Source of the DNA: Naegleria gruberi
Taxonomy: Eukaryota
Direction: 5' to 3' (one strand)
Length of the DNA: 64,000 nucleotides
NCBI GenBank assembly: GCA_000004985.1
Contig: GG738847.1
Shown here: positions 43,225 through 52,436 of the stretch, one piece after another
How the letters are laid out: each line of letters begins with the position of its first letter
How positions within the stretch are numbered: the stretch's first letter is position 1
Translations under genes and position numbers: made by a program
The notes under the pieces: model-generated
Databases searched by the model: none
Seen by the model: the letters and a program-made list of their open reading frames with translations, nothing else
Told to the model about the DNA's origin: nothing

Positions 43225-44097
43225 ATGCGTCGACCGGGAATTGAAATTTCCTTTTTTGGAATTCATTTAACTTTTAATTTTATGATGAAATTATGAATGT
43301 TTTATTTTAATATTATTCATGATGTGAAACATCATGTTGAATTCTGTTCATAATATTTAATTCATGATGTGAAACATCATGTTGAATTATTAACAAATGT
43401 TGTTCTTCAATTTTTAATTGAATGTTGTTCTTTCATTGAATGTTGGAAATATTGGAAAGTTGGAAATAAAAGTTGGAAGTTAGGTAACGGGTTATGGAAT
43501 TACCTAATGTGGAAATTGAATTCAATTTTGAAATTGAATTAATACAATGTTTTTTAAATTATTATTATTTAAATGTATTTCACACATTAATTTTGATAAT
43601 GTAATATTAAAGATATTGATAATTGGGTATAGGGAAACGGAATTTCCTAATTGGGAGTCATCACACAATAAATTAAATTTATTATTTATTCATTGATGAT
43701 GTTCACAAACTTTGAATTAACATATTACATGATGAATCAATTACAAAATTAACATCACTATTATTCTGGGGGCAAAATGAACATTAACCATCGGGTAACG
43801 GAAATTGACACATATACCACTTAATTAACAAATTGAATATTAACCATCGGGTAACGGATTTTAATACATGTATTAGTATGTTGATAATTGGTCGACGCAC
43901 AGAAATTTAAATAAACAGAATTAACAAGAATAAAAGCAAAATCCTACATAAGAGTTGGAGAACGGGAAATGAAATTCCCAAATTGAGAAACACAACATGC
44001 ACAATCACAATAATTCATACTATCAAAATGAATTGAACCCGGGTCACGGCGATGGCAACGCCGTATTCTACCACTAAACCATCGACGCTTCTTATTA
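43225..44097 (-). pseudogene. tRNA-Gly (anticodon GCC) gene interrupted in the T-loop by a ~785-bp insertion
   Basis: The 5' part (44097->44030, minus strand) is GCGTCGATGGTTTAGTGGTAGAATACGGCGTTGCCATCGCCGTGACCCGGGTTCAATTC. It gives a perfect acceptor, D and anticodon arm (loop TTGCCAT) plus the 5' T-stem. The 3' part (43244->43225) is TTCAATTCCCGGTCGACGCA. It supplies the T-loop, 3' T-stem, the acceptor 3' strand pairing GCGTCGA, and discriminator A. The 8-nt TTCAATTC is present at both junctions. Confidence 0.75.
43245..44029. mobile_element. Non-coding ~785-bp insertion within the tRNA-Gly gene, flanked by an 8-bp direct duplication (gaattgaa on the + strand); likely a non-autonomous insertion or repeat element of unknown class
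   Basis: No ORF. Content: AT-rich; direct repeat of a 28-bp unit, each with a 7-bp-stem hairpin (catgatg-tgaaa-catcatg) at ~43315-43400; five degenerate copies of a CGGGAAnTGAAA / GGAAtTTCC-type motif; aaccatcgggtaacgga twice; and a GGTCGACGCA fragment in opposite orientation at ~43891-43900. No clear TIRs. Confidence 0.5.
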
Positions 44098-44139
44098 AGG
44101 TACTAAGGCTCATCAAATTTTATTCAAAATGATGTTTTA

Positions 44140-44838
44140 CTAACCAGATTTTTTACAGAAAATCCATTCCAATCCTTCATACAAATTACTCTCATTATCC
44201 GAATGTAGCACCACCATCGTATTCTCCTTCTCATATTCTTGCTCCATAAACTTCTCCACAAATTGTTTAGCCTCCAATGCACGTACTATATGGTCATTGG
44301 TTCTGTGATCCGAATAAATAACAAATAAAATAGGTCGAAAATTCTTCTTCTTTTCAGGAGGAATGAAAAAATAATCATTTTGCCTTTCCACACTATCATC
44401 ACATTTTGCACGTTTTATCATGTCTTTCAATGAAAACATATAGCCATCGAATACTTGTTCAACAGTTTGTGGCCACAATGAATGAATTCTAATCCAAATC
44501 ACAAGTGCATCTCCTCCTTTAATATAATTCGGATACAAGTATTTAATATGAGTATATTTGGAAACATCTCGATCTTCAATAAAGAAATTTTTAAATTCTG
44601 TTTTATAGATTCGAGATTCTTCTTTTATCGGAGAATGTTCATCTGTGATGTGATTTGATTCATAGAGCAGTTTAGCAATTTCCTTATATCCTTCTGCAGA
44701 TACTCCAGAAAAGGAAAAGACAAAAAACTTTTTCTGTGGTCGCCCTACATAATCATAGATTGAATATAAAAATCGATAGATACTTGATGAATAGAGCATC
44801 TGATCAAATTGTTCCAGCAGATCACTAAAATCCATCAT
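44140..44838 (-). CDS. Hypothetical protein (232 aa)
   Basis: First ATG (aaaaaaATGATGgat) is 39 nt inside track ORF 44140..44877. No recognisable family. Confidence 0.45.
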   Translation of the reverse strand: MMDFSDLLEQFDQMLYSSSIYRFLYSIYDYVGRPQKKFFVFSFSGVSAEGYKEIAKLLYESNHITDEHSPIKEESRIYKTEFKNFFIEDRDVSKYTHIKYLYPNYIKGGDALVIWIRIHSLWPQTVEQVFDGYMFSLKDMIKRAKCDDSVERQNDYFFIPPEKKKNFRPILFVIYSDHRTNDHIVRALEAKQFVEKFMEQEYEKENTMVVLHSDNESNLYEGLEWIFCKKSG

Positions 44839-45216
44839 TTTTTTAATATTTTTAATTTTAAATAAAATATTAATCAAATACTCTCATGCTCTACTTTGCT
44901 TTGGTTCTCTCTAAGTGTCATTCTATTTCTGATCATGAAAATTAAATGTTGAAAAATAGAGTTGATGGTAATGGTTGTAAAATCAGATTCAATTTTAAAA
45001 TGGCGCCTAAATTTTGAATATTTGTTACAATAAAACTGTGAGCCAATCAAAAAGTACCAATTCAGAAGTTCTGGGATAGTTGCTGATGGTTGTGCAACAC
45101 GCGCTAAAAATCCGTGCTCGACTGGAGATTTTGAAAAATGCCTCAACAAACATTTATAATGTCAAATGATAACAGTCAACTGTCCAGTATGTTAAAAAAA
45201 ACAACAACATTAAATA

Positions 45217-45540
45217 ATGAATAAGATTACTCTCTGTATTCTCTTTGCTTTGGTTGTCTTGGTTGCTCTCGTTAGTGCCCAACAACAAGAAGAACAATCC
45301 CCAGCTCAACTTTTGAGAAGTATTGCTCGTAGATTGTACCCAAATTCTTCTGATCGTCAAATTGCCAAGAAATTGTTCCCAGGTATTAGAAAGTTGAAGA
45401 AACCAAGCACTGATAAGTTGCTTAGTTTGATTTCTGCTTTGAGTGATTCCCAATCTTTCGATTGTGCTAGATATTGTGCTGGAAGTACTGGAGACTACAA
45501 GGTTTCTTGCTACCAACATTGTCAACGTTATAATTTGTAA
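45217..45540 (+). CDS. Small secreted protein (107 aa) with signal peptide and 4-Cys C-terminus
   Basis: ATG at 45217. Signal peptide ITLCILFALVVLVALVSA. C-terminal C...C-x...C-x3-C. No recognisable family. Confidence 0.45.
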   Translation: MNKITLCILFALVVLVALVSAQQQEEQSPAQLLRSIARRLYPNSSDRQIAKKLFPGIRKLKKPSTDKLLSLISALSDSQSFDCARYCAGSTGDYKVSCYQHCQRYNL

Positions 45541-45868
45541 TTTGGTCGTTGACAAAGTAGTATCAACATTTTGGCAAATTCATCATCATTCGAATAAAGT
45601 TTAGAATTTCGTCAACTACAAAACATCTATTGATAATTTCGGAACAGGGATTCACATGCACAATATTTTGAAATACAACATTACAAGCACTACTGAATTC
45701 AAATTCATACATGTATTTTAAGAATTGATTATTTATTGACACAACAATATTTAATGAAAACTTTCAATTCAAAGAGAAACTATCCATGGTTTAATAAGTA
45801 TAATATCACTACTTCAAATACTCTCATATAAAGTAGAACAAAAGCCACACAACTAACATGCAATTTCT

Positions 45869-47965
45869 TTAATATCTGCTAATAAAAAGCCATGCATTTG
45901 GTTCTTTACCAGTTATAACACAAACATCCCCAGACTCAATTTTAGGGAATCTATCCACAAGATGTTGGTTAGACAATTCTGAAAATTTTGAATATCCTCT
46001 AAATTCAGCATTTGTTTTCTTGTAAAAATCCTCTTCCACTTCATGAATCCTATCCCACAACTCTTCACTAATATGGATTGGAGCAACAACATGCCAGAAT
46101 GGCGAATTAGTAATTGTCTTGGCATTGTATTCCATTTGTTGCTTTTTTCTCATCTTTGGATCTGTGCTTTGTAAGTTTTGTTTGAATTTTTCGTTAAAGG
46201 TTGAAATTAATTCTTCCATAGATTGAGCTTTTACAATTTGCACTCTATTCAAAATTGATTCCTTCAAATGTGAATCTTCCTTATCTAGTAGAGAACTGAT
46301 CATTTCGAAATTGACTTCATTGGCAGGAATTGTAGATTTCTTCAAACTATTTCTTCCCTTGATTGTAATGGTACTTCCTTCCAACTCTTGTTTTCCAATT
46401 GATACTACAAGTGAAACTCCTTTACTCTCCCACTGATAGAACTTTTCCACATTCTTGGTTGCATATCTCATATCGGCATGAACTCTAAAACCAAATGATT
46501 TGAGTTTCTTCTCCATGCTCCTCACATTCTCATACAATATATTGGTATCACAAGATTTACTGAGCATTGGAACAATAACTATTTGATACTTGTTCATGGT
46601 AGAGTGCAGTCTCAACCCCTTGTCATCTGAGCATGAAGCTGCACAAGCTCCAAGAATTCTAGAAGATATATTGCCACAAGTTTGAAAAATTGGCTGAACA
46701 AATATTTGAGATCAATACATGTTGTGAAAAATGTGAATAACTTACAGAAGTGAAATTATCTTGTTTCAATCTATACACGATATTGTACACATCTGAAAAT
46801 ATCCTTCCATAATACTTTCATTAAATGAAACAAATTAAAGTAGAATTCACTTGAAACAACTTACATTAGTTCTTGCAATATTTACACTAGTATTTACAAA
46901 AGGTAGACTCACATCAAACACAATGGCTTGTTTACAATGTGAGAATGCCTTCCAAGGGAAGAGATGATAGCTAATACCATTCCACAAATTACAAACATTC
47001 AATAGAACTGGAAGGTAAACTCTATTCCACATTATGTCATTCATATAAGAAAGAGCATTCTCCTCTGATTCGTGACAGGTATGAATTTCATGCTGATATT
47101 GCTCCTTATTTCCATAAAACAATGGCAATTGAATTCCCTCATCACTCATTACTTGTTGAAAATTCTTTGTCTTACAAATCACCTTATATGGTAACTGAAT
47201 ATAACTCCTTATAATATTCTTAAGGTATGGGAAGATAGCCCACTCACTATTTGGTTTCAAATAAACATTTGGATAATTAAACTTCATTTCATAATCCTCA
47301 TAAATATATCCTCTACTAAGTGAAAACAATTTAGGATCCATCACATGTTGAAATGCATTGACATTGAATAATGAATTTGTTTCCTTAACCTCTTCCATTA
47401 TACTATCAACTTCAACTTGTGATGATTCATTCCACTCTGGTTCTTCATAATCATCAAATCTAACCAATGGATCAGCACCCAATTCCATCATGGCCGAATT
47501 ATTATTATTACTATTATTCATCAATTGTTGTTGATATTCTTCACCATCTTCCTGTTGTTGACTTCTTGGATTTGGATTACTATTTGATAAGGGTTGATCT
47601 CTCAAACTAACCAGCATGGGTAAATCAATCCTCTCCAATTTCTTCTCTTCTATGGCTCCGATCATTGTCTTTTGTGAGGAGGTTATTCCTTCATCCTTAT
47701 TAGAGGAGGAATCTTGATCGGAAGAGGTTTTCAGAATTTCATCAATTAATTTGGCCTTTTCCAAAGCTTCCTCCTCATCAAATCTTTCATCCACTTTGCC
47801 AAATAATTTATCCATCAATTCAAGTGCCTGTTCCTTCCAAATGATGTGTCCATCGAGTGAGTATCGTTCATCCACAAAATTCAAAATCATTGGAGAGGTA
47901 CTCCACTCCTGAAGCCAAGCTTGAAATTGTGTTAGCTCGACGGTGGTTATTCCTTGAGAAGACAT
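45869..47965 (-). CDS. Divergent prolyl-tRNA synthetase paralog (eukaryote/archaeal-type ProRS architecture); 2 exons; catalytic motif 2 and Zn-binding Cys degenerate
   Basis: Exon 1 is 46865..47965 (ATG at 47965; ends ...VNIARTN|GTAAGT). Intron is ~46694..46864. Exon 2 is 45869..46693 (PIFQTCGNISSRILGACAASCSDDKGLRL..., anticodon-binding domain FRVHADMRYATKNVEKFYQWESKGVSLVVSIGKQEL, C-terminal domain ending ...WLFISRY*). This aligns to human ProRS along catalytic, anticodon-binding and C-terminal domains. Motif 2 reads VMSDEGIQLPLFYGNKEQYQHEIHTCHES (canonical [27 protein letters not shown]). The canonical C-terminal CxC...C Zn ligands are absent (canonical CVCGKNPAKYYTLFGRSY). Confidence 0.7.
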
Positions 47966-48258
47966 TTTTTTTTAATTGATTTGAAAGTGAAGAATGCACT
48001 TGTGAAATTGATATTGTAAAGTTAGTTTGGATTGTGGTGATTATAGAGATTCATGACATGCACTTTCGAATAAATGCATTAGGTGTCTTATAGGGGATAT
48101 TTTGAAAAAATTACACCTTGAGTGAAAAGGATTATCAAGAATAAGCCTTCCTAAAACTTTCTTATAAAACCATTGTCGACAACTAATAAGAGAAATCATT
48201 TTGGCGATCAATTTTCACATGTCACCAAAATTTAAATCAAAAAAACAAATCAAAAAAA

Positions 48259-49158
48259 ATGTCATCAGCAATCCTCTCCCGTTTAGAAACCTGTGTAACT
48301 CGCTTGCAAAAAATCAATCCAAAATCATCTTCTGGTGGTAGTTCTTCATCATCAAGCGATGCTGCTCCTCAAGTTGTTGCCTATGAAGAATATTACAATG
48401 ATAATATTGTTCCATTGTTGGAAACCATGACAAAGATTGGAGGTGAAACTGCTCAAATGGTTAGTTTCTTCTTTTCAATGTTCAATATTTAATCTTCATC
48501 ACATTTTCATGTTATTATTCGAATGTTAATATACTATTGTATTATTATTTTGTAAATATTATAGAAAGATGCTGTTGAACAAGGATTCAAGGGATTAGGT
48601 AAAGTCATTGCTTTGGCTTCCACTCATCGTAAACCATCAAGTAATTATGACGAAACTATTGGTCAAATTCTTCAAAACAGTGGAATTGGACAAGCTTTGC
48701 AAACAACTGCTGATTTCCGTTTCAAGAATTTCAAATCAACTCAAGTTAATCATTTATATGCCATTGAAGAAGGTTTGAAGGTTGTTTTGTGGCCAACTAC
48801 CAATACTACTATTTCCTATGTTAAGGTATGTTTTAATTATTTTAACATCAAATATCTGATATTTGGTTTTCATTCATCACAAATTTACTTTTCACTTTGG
48901 TCTATTCTATCTATTTATGTGAATGATTTTGTTGAATATTGGATTTATATCTGAAAAATATATTAGGAAATGGTTAATGCAGTTTCATTCTATACAATGA
49001 AGGTTTTGACCTCAACAAAGACTAATAGTGATGCTGAAGTTCACAAGGCCTATGTCAACCAATGGAAAACATTGATTGAAGCCATGTCTGTTTATGTGAA
49101 GGAATTCCACATGACTGGATTGACTTTTAATCCAAAGGCTGCTCAAGAAGCTAAATAA
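48259..49158 (+). CDS. Cyclase-associated protein (CAP/Srv2) N-terminal region only: coiled coil plus helical folded domain, 217 aa; 3 exons
   Basis: Exons 48259..48459, 48565..48825 and 48967..49158. Introns carry GTTAGT...TATAG and GTATGT...ATTAG. The protein aligns to the CAP N-terminal half (MSSAILSRLETCVTRLQ; AAPQVVAYEEY...GGETAQM-KDAVEQ; VKEMVNAVSFYTMKVL...YVNQWKTLIEAMSVYVKEFHMTGLTFNPK). A TAA follows directly after ...AAQEAK. No polyproline, WH2 or CARP region. Confidence 0.75.
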
Positions 49159-49185
49159 ATTGTACATTATGTTGTTTTAATAAAG

Positions 49186-50067
49186 TCAATTATGACTTCC
49201 CCAAAAGAAAGTATTTCTCATCTTTTGTAATTTTTCTAATGCACCACTACATGTTCTTCCAATTTCTGTTTGTGTATCATTAATTCGTCTTAAAATAGAG
49301 TACATGTTTAGTATTTCCTCCGTTATATCACCAATAACTTTCATGTCTACATATAATTGATCGAACCACTTTCTGGCCTTTTCCTTGTTGATATTATTTT
49401 CTTCATCGTTCTTTAATATTGAAGTCATGTAAATGGATGTCAGGGACACCAGATAGGGTGGATATTTTAGAACCACCTCCGAATAGAAGCTATCATTCAC
49501 AATATTCCAACAAATCTGATACAGAGATTTATCAAGTTCTGCATCCTTTACATAGGTCATGAGGGAAGTATGAGAGTGAAAAACTGTTAAATTAAAATTC
49601 AATTGTTCCATTAAATATAATTCACATTCCAAAATTTGTTGTAGTGGGTAAGGAAAAAGTGTGGTAACATCCTTTGTATCATAATTTTGTGATGATGGTG
49701 TTTCCTTCCCCAAACATATTTGATGTATATTCTTAGCATTGAGTGGACATTCTTCGATTTTACTTGCCAACAACAATGCTGCAGCTCCCAGCAAGGCAGG
49801 ATCACAATCGGAAATACTATTCTGACAATAAAATCGTTTAAAATACACCATTGCTGTTGAAACTACTCTCAGATGGCCACCCACTTTCTTTCCAATATCT
49901 TTTAAATTTTTAATAGTACTCATCAAAATTAATTGTTTTTCCAAGGGAGAAAATTGTGCATCGGGATCGGATGTATCAAGCTGCTGAAGGGATGTTTGTG
50001 GTTGATTCGAAGAAGCTTGCTGCTGTTGTTTTTTAGATAATTGTGTTTGTATCCATTTGCTAATCAT
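49186..50067 (-). CDS. Cyclin C (Mediator CDK8-module cyclin)
   Basis: Start taken at MISKWIQTQ (ATG ~50067). The track extends upstream from a GTG through low-complexity sequence. Cyclin box with HLRVVSTAMVYFKRFY...LLASKIEE (cyclin C signature). TGA at 49186. Confidence 0.75.
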   Translation of the reverse strand: MISKWIQTQLSKKQQQQASSNQPQTSLQQLDTSDPDAQFSPLEKQLILMSTIKNLKDIGKKVGGHLRVVSTAMVYFKRFYCQNSISDCDPALLGAAALLLASKIEECPLNAKNIHQICLGKETPSSQNYDTKDVTTLFPYPLQQILECELYLMEQLNFNLTVFHSHTSLMTYVKDAELDKSLYQICWNIVNDSFYSEVVLKYPPYLVSLTSIYMTSILKNDEENNINKEKARKWFDQLYVDMKVIGDITEEILNMYSILRRINDTQTEIGRTCSGALEKLQKMRNTFFWGSHN

Positions 50068-50358
50068 GTCATTATTTCCAATAGTAATAATAATAATATT
50101 AATAATACAATAATGTTGTTTGTTATGACGATGATGGCCAACAAAATATTCAACACAATAGTAGAACATCAACAATACATCACACACGAGAAAATAAAAA
50201 CACTTCTCCTCCGATAATGTAATTTTTGATTTCTACTTACTATTGTGATGAAACCCAATAATTGTCCATTTTTTTGTATTTTTAGAATTATTAATAAATA
50301 GTATTATCATTTGTAAATTCTTATTGTTAACGTTAACAAGATTTGTTGTTATTGATCA

Positions 50359-50649
50359 ATGATCATGAAATTGTTGATTTATTCCGAATACTACTACTCT
50401 ATCTTTTTGAATTTTTCATTATTGAATGGTCAAAAGTTAGGTGATAAAAACTTGAAATTAATGGTTAATGATGGTGATTATTTATTCTTACCTAAAGAAA
50501 ATGGTTTGATTTCCTGTGTTTCGGAAACAGCTGTAGAAAATTTGGCAGTCTTGGGCTTGATCATATATCCTCTTAATGATTCCCTTAATGAATTTTTGGT
50601 TAATTTCTACAATTTTTTCTATGAGATTTGCAAATTGTATGAATGCTAA
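50359..50649 (+). CDS. Hypothetical 96-aa protein (possible roadblock/longin-like small fold)
   Basis: ATG at 50359. Reasonable codon usage (ggt/gat/aac). It sits in the 680-bp divergent intergenic region between cyclin C and MEPCE. No confident family; could be spurious. Confidence 0.25.
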   Translation: MIMKLLIYSEYYYSIFLNFSLLNGQKLGDKNLKLMVNDGDYLFLPKENGLISCVSETAVENLAVLGLIIYPLNDSLNEFLVNFYNFFYEICKLYEC

Positions 50650-50748
50650 TTCAATTGGAGTTTGTTCTCTAACGAAGAAATTGACCTTCTTATGATTACC
50701 ATACATATCTATTAATGTTTGATTCTTCAAAAGCATTTGAAAAAAAAA

Positions 50749-52086
50749 ATGAAGAGAAAATATGAAGAAGATTTGCCACAAGAACAACATGATGAAGAAG
50801 TTTCCGTGTTGGCAACCCAAGAGGAGGAAGGAGTAATTTCATTACAAACACAATCATTGGAATCGACGTCGGAAGAGTTTCCAATTGTTGCCACTCAAGA
50901 GTTTGAGCAAAGTGCTCAACAACAATCTTTGAATACTCAGGATAGTTCGAGCCAAGTAGGAGATGTTATTAGTGGATTACAAACACAATCGGAAGTCGTT
51001 GAGAAGACTAGTAAGAAGTGGAAGTTTGAAAATAATTCAACAAGCAAGGATTCTAGCTTTGGAAATTATAAGAATTATTATTCATACAGGTACAATGATG
51101 TGAATGCTGCCAAACCAAAGGAAGATAGGCACTTGATTGATCCAAGATTGGAAATAATTTCAAATTGTTTAACGAATTACTTCAAAAATTCCACGGAGTC
51201 ACCAATTAACCTCAATTGTTTAGATATTGGATGTAATCAAGGGTTATTTTCAATGCAAATGGCTGACTTTTATGAATCCCAACTTGGTGTAAAGGCTGAG
51301 AAAGAAATTTCCTTGAAAAATATGAATGCAATCGATATTGATTCAGTACTAATTAGAAAAGCAAAGGATCATTTAATTAATTTGAAGAGATTCAATGCTA
51401 CAGAGAAGGATCAAGATGAGGACGACAAACTTGGCATGAGTGTTCATACTTATGTGGCTTTACATCGAGCAGAGACTCCAGAGGAAAAGGAAGAGAAAAT
51501 TTTCATCTGGAGAAATAATAGAAAATTATTGAAAGAACATTTGGACAATTCTGTGAATATTTGCCACAAATCCTACATGAATACTCTAATCGATAAGGTA
51601 CATTTCAAGGTGCAGAATTTCGTAGAAGAAATTGTAGAAACAAAGATTTCTGACTTAACAATTGAAAAGATGCAGGAAATTATTTCAAAATCAACAAACA
51701 AGACTCAGGCCACATTTAATATCATTTCTTGCTTGAGTGTAACAAAATGGGTTCACCTTAATTATGGAGATAATTCTGTAAAATTCCTATTCCACAAAAT
51801 TCACAAGCTACTCAAGCCTGGAGGAATATTCATTTTAGAACCTCAACACTGGAAAAGCTACACAAAAAAGAGAGAACTCAACTCTAAAATTCAGGAAAAC
51901 TTTAAACACATCAAATTCAGACCAACAAGCTTTCACGATTATTTGTTGAAGGAAGTTGGCTTTACTTCTAGTGAAACCTTTTTCATTGATGAAAATTCCA
52001 CTGAGACACCAACAGGAAACAAGGAAAATGAAAAAAAGAAGAAGAAGGGATTTAAGAAACGTCCAATAGTTTTTTACTATCGTTGA
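50749..52086 (+). CDS. MEPCE: 7SK snRNA methylphosphate capping enzyme / Bin3-family RNA methyltransferase
   Basis: ATG at 50749 (aaaaaaaaATGaag). SAM-binding CLDIGCNQGLFSMQMA. Bin3 C-terminal signature VTKWVHLNYGDNSVKFLFHKIHKLLKPGGIFILEPQHWKSY. Confidence 0.8.
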   Translation: MKRKYEEDLPQEQHDEEVSVLATQEEEGVISLQTQSLESTSEEFPIVATQEFEQSAQQQSLNTQDSSSQVGDVISGLQTQSEVVEKTSKKWKFENNSTSKDSSFGNYKNYYSYRYNDVNAAKPKEDRHLIDPRLEIISNCLTNYFKNSTESPINLNCLDIGCNQGLFSMQMADFYESQLGVKAEKEISLKNMNAIDIDSVLIRKAKDHLINLKRFNATEKDQDEDDKLGMSVHTYVALHRAETPEEKEEKIFIWRNNRKLLKEHLDNSVNICHKSYMNTLIDKVHFKVQNFVEEIVETKISDLTIEKMQEIISKSTNKTQATFNIISCLSVTKWVHLNYGDNSVKFLFHKIHKLLKPGGIFILEPQHWKSYTKKRELNSKIQENFKHIKFRPTSFHDYLLKEVGFTSSETFFIDENSTETPTGNKENEKKKKKGFKKRPIVFYYR

Positions 52087-52349
52087 GATCAATAGATAGT
52101 TCTGCAGTTTCATTTCACGGATGAATGTTAGTAAAGATGATAATCAAGATGAAGAAATGAATTAAAATTAGGAAATGGTTAATTTTTTTCTTCTAGAAGG
52201 AAGAATTATTGAGAGAATTGAATCAAATCTTTAGAAATTAAAGTGTGACACTACTCAAAGAGTTGCTGCTTTATTGAAATAAGTGACCAATATAAGACAT
52301 GAAACTTTCATACTTAATACCATGAGCAAATTTTCAATATGAATGTGAA

Positions 52350-52422
52350 GGGGATGTAGCTCACATGGTAGAGCGCTTCTTTAGCATGGAAGAGGTACGG
52401 GGATCGATACCCCGCATCTCCA
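52350..52422 (+). tRNA. tRNA-Ala (anticodon AGC), 73 nt
   Basis: GGGGATGTAGCTCACATGGTAGAGCGCTTCTTTAGCATGGAAGAGGTACGGGGATCGATACCCCGCATCTCCA. G3:U70 alanine identity pair. Anticodon loop TTAGCAT. Close match to canonical eukaryotic tRNA-Ala-AGC. T-loop begins A54 (ATCGATA). Confidence 0.85.
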
Positions 52423-52436
52423 CTCAGTATTTTTAA

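Noticed and set aside
43245-44029. Interpreting the 785-nt segment as a giant tRNA intron or a permuted/split tRNA gene
   Set aside because: The 8-bp direct duplication of tRNA sequence at both junctions and the T-loop position fit an insertion into a once-intact gene. They do not fit the short 37/38 position of canonical eukaryotic tRNA introns.
44874-45555. ORFs 44874..45149 (-) and 45154..45555 (-)
   Set aside because: The first lies in the AT-rich 5' flank of the 44140 gene. The second is antisense to the small secreted-protein gene 45217..45540. Both have low-complexity products.
46694-46864. A possible 47-nt micro-exon (ATGTGTACAATATCGTGTATAGATTGAAACAAGATAATTTCACTTCT) between two introns in the ProRS-like gene
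   Set aside because: The phase is incompatible with the flanking exons and it contains an in-frame TGA. A direct splice of N|GTAAGT to TTGTTCAG|CCA is phase-consistent and gives a good ProRS alignment.
50068-50187. N-terminal extension MCDVLLMFYYCVEYFVGHH... on cyclin C in the ORF track
   Set aside because: The track starts at a GTG and runs through AT-rich leader. Homology to cyclin C begins at MISKWIQTQ, which has an ATG in good context.
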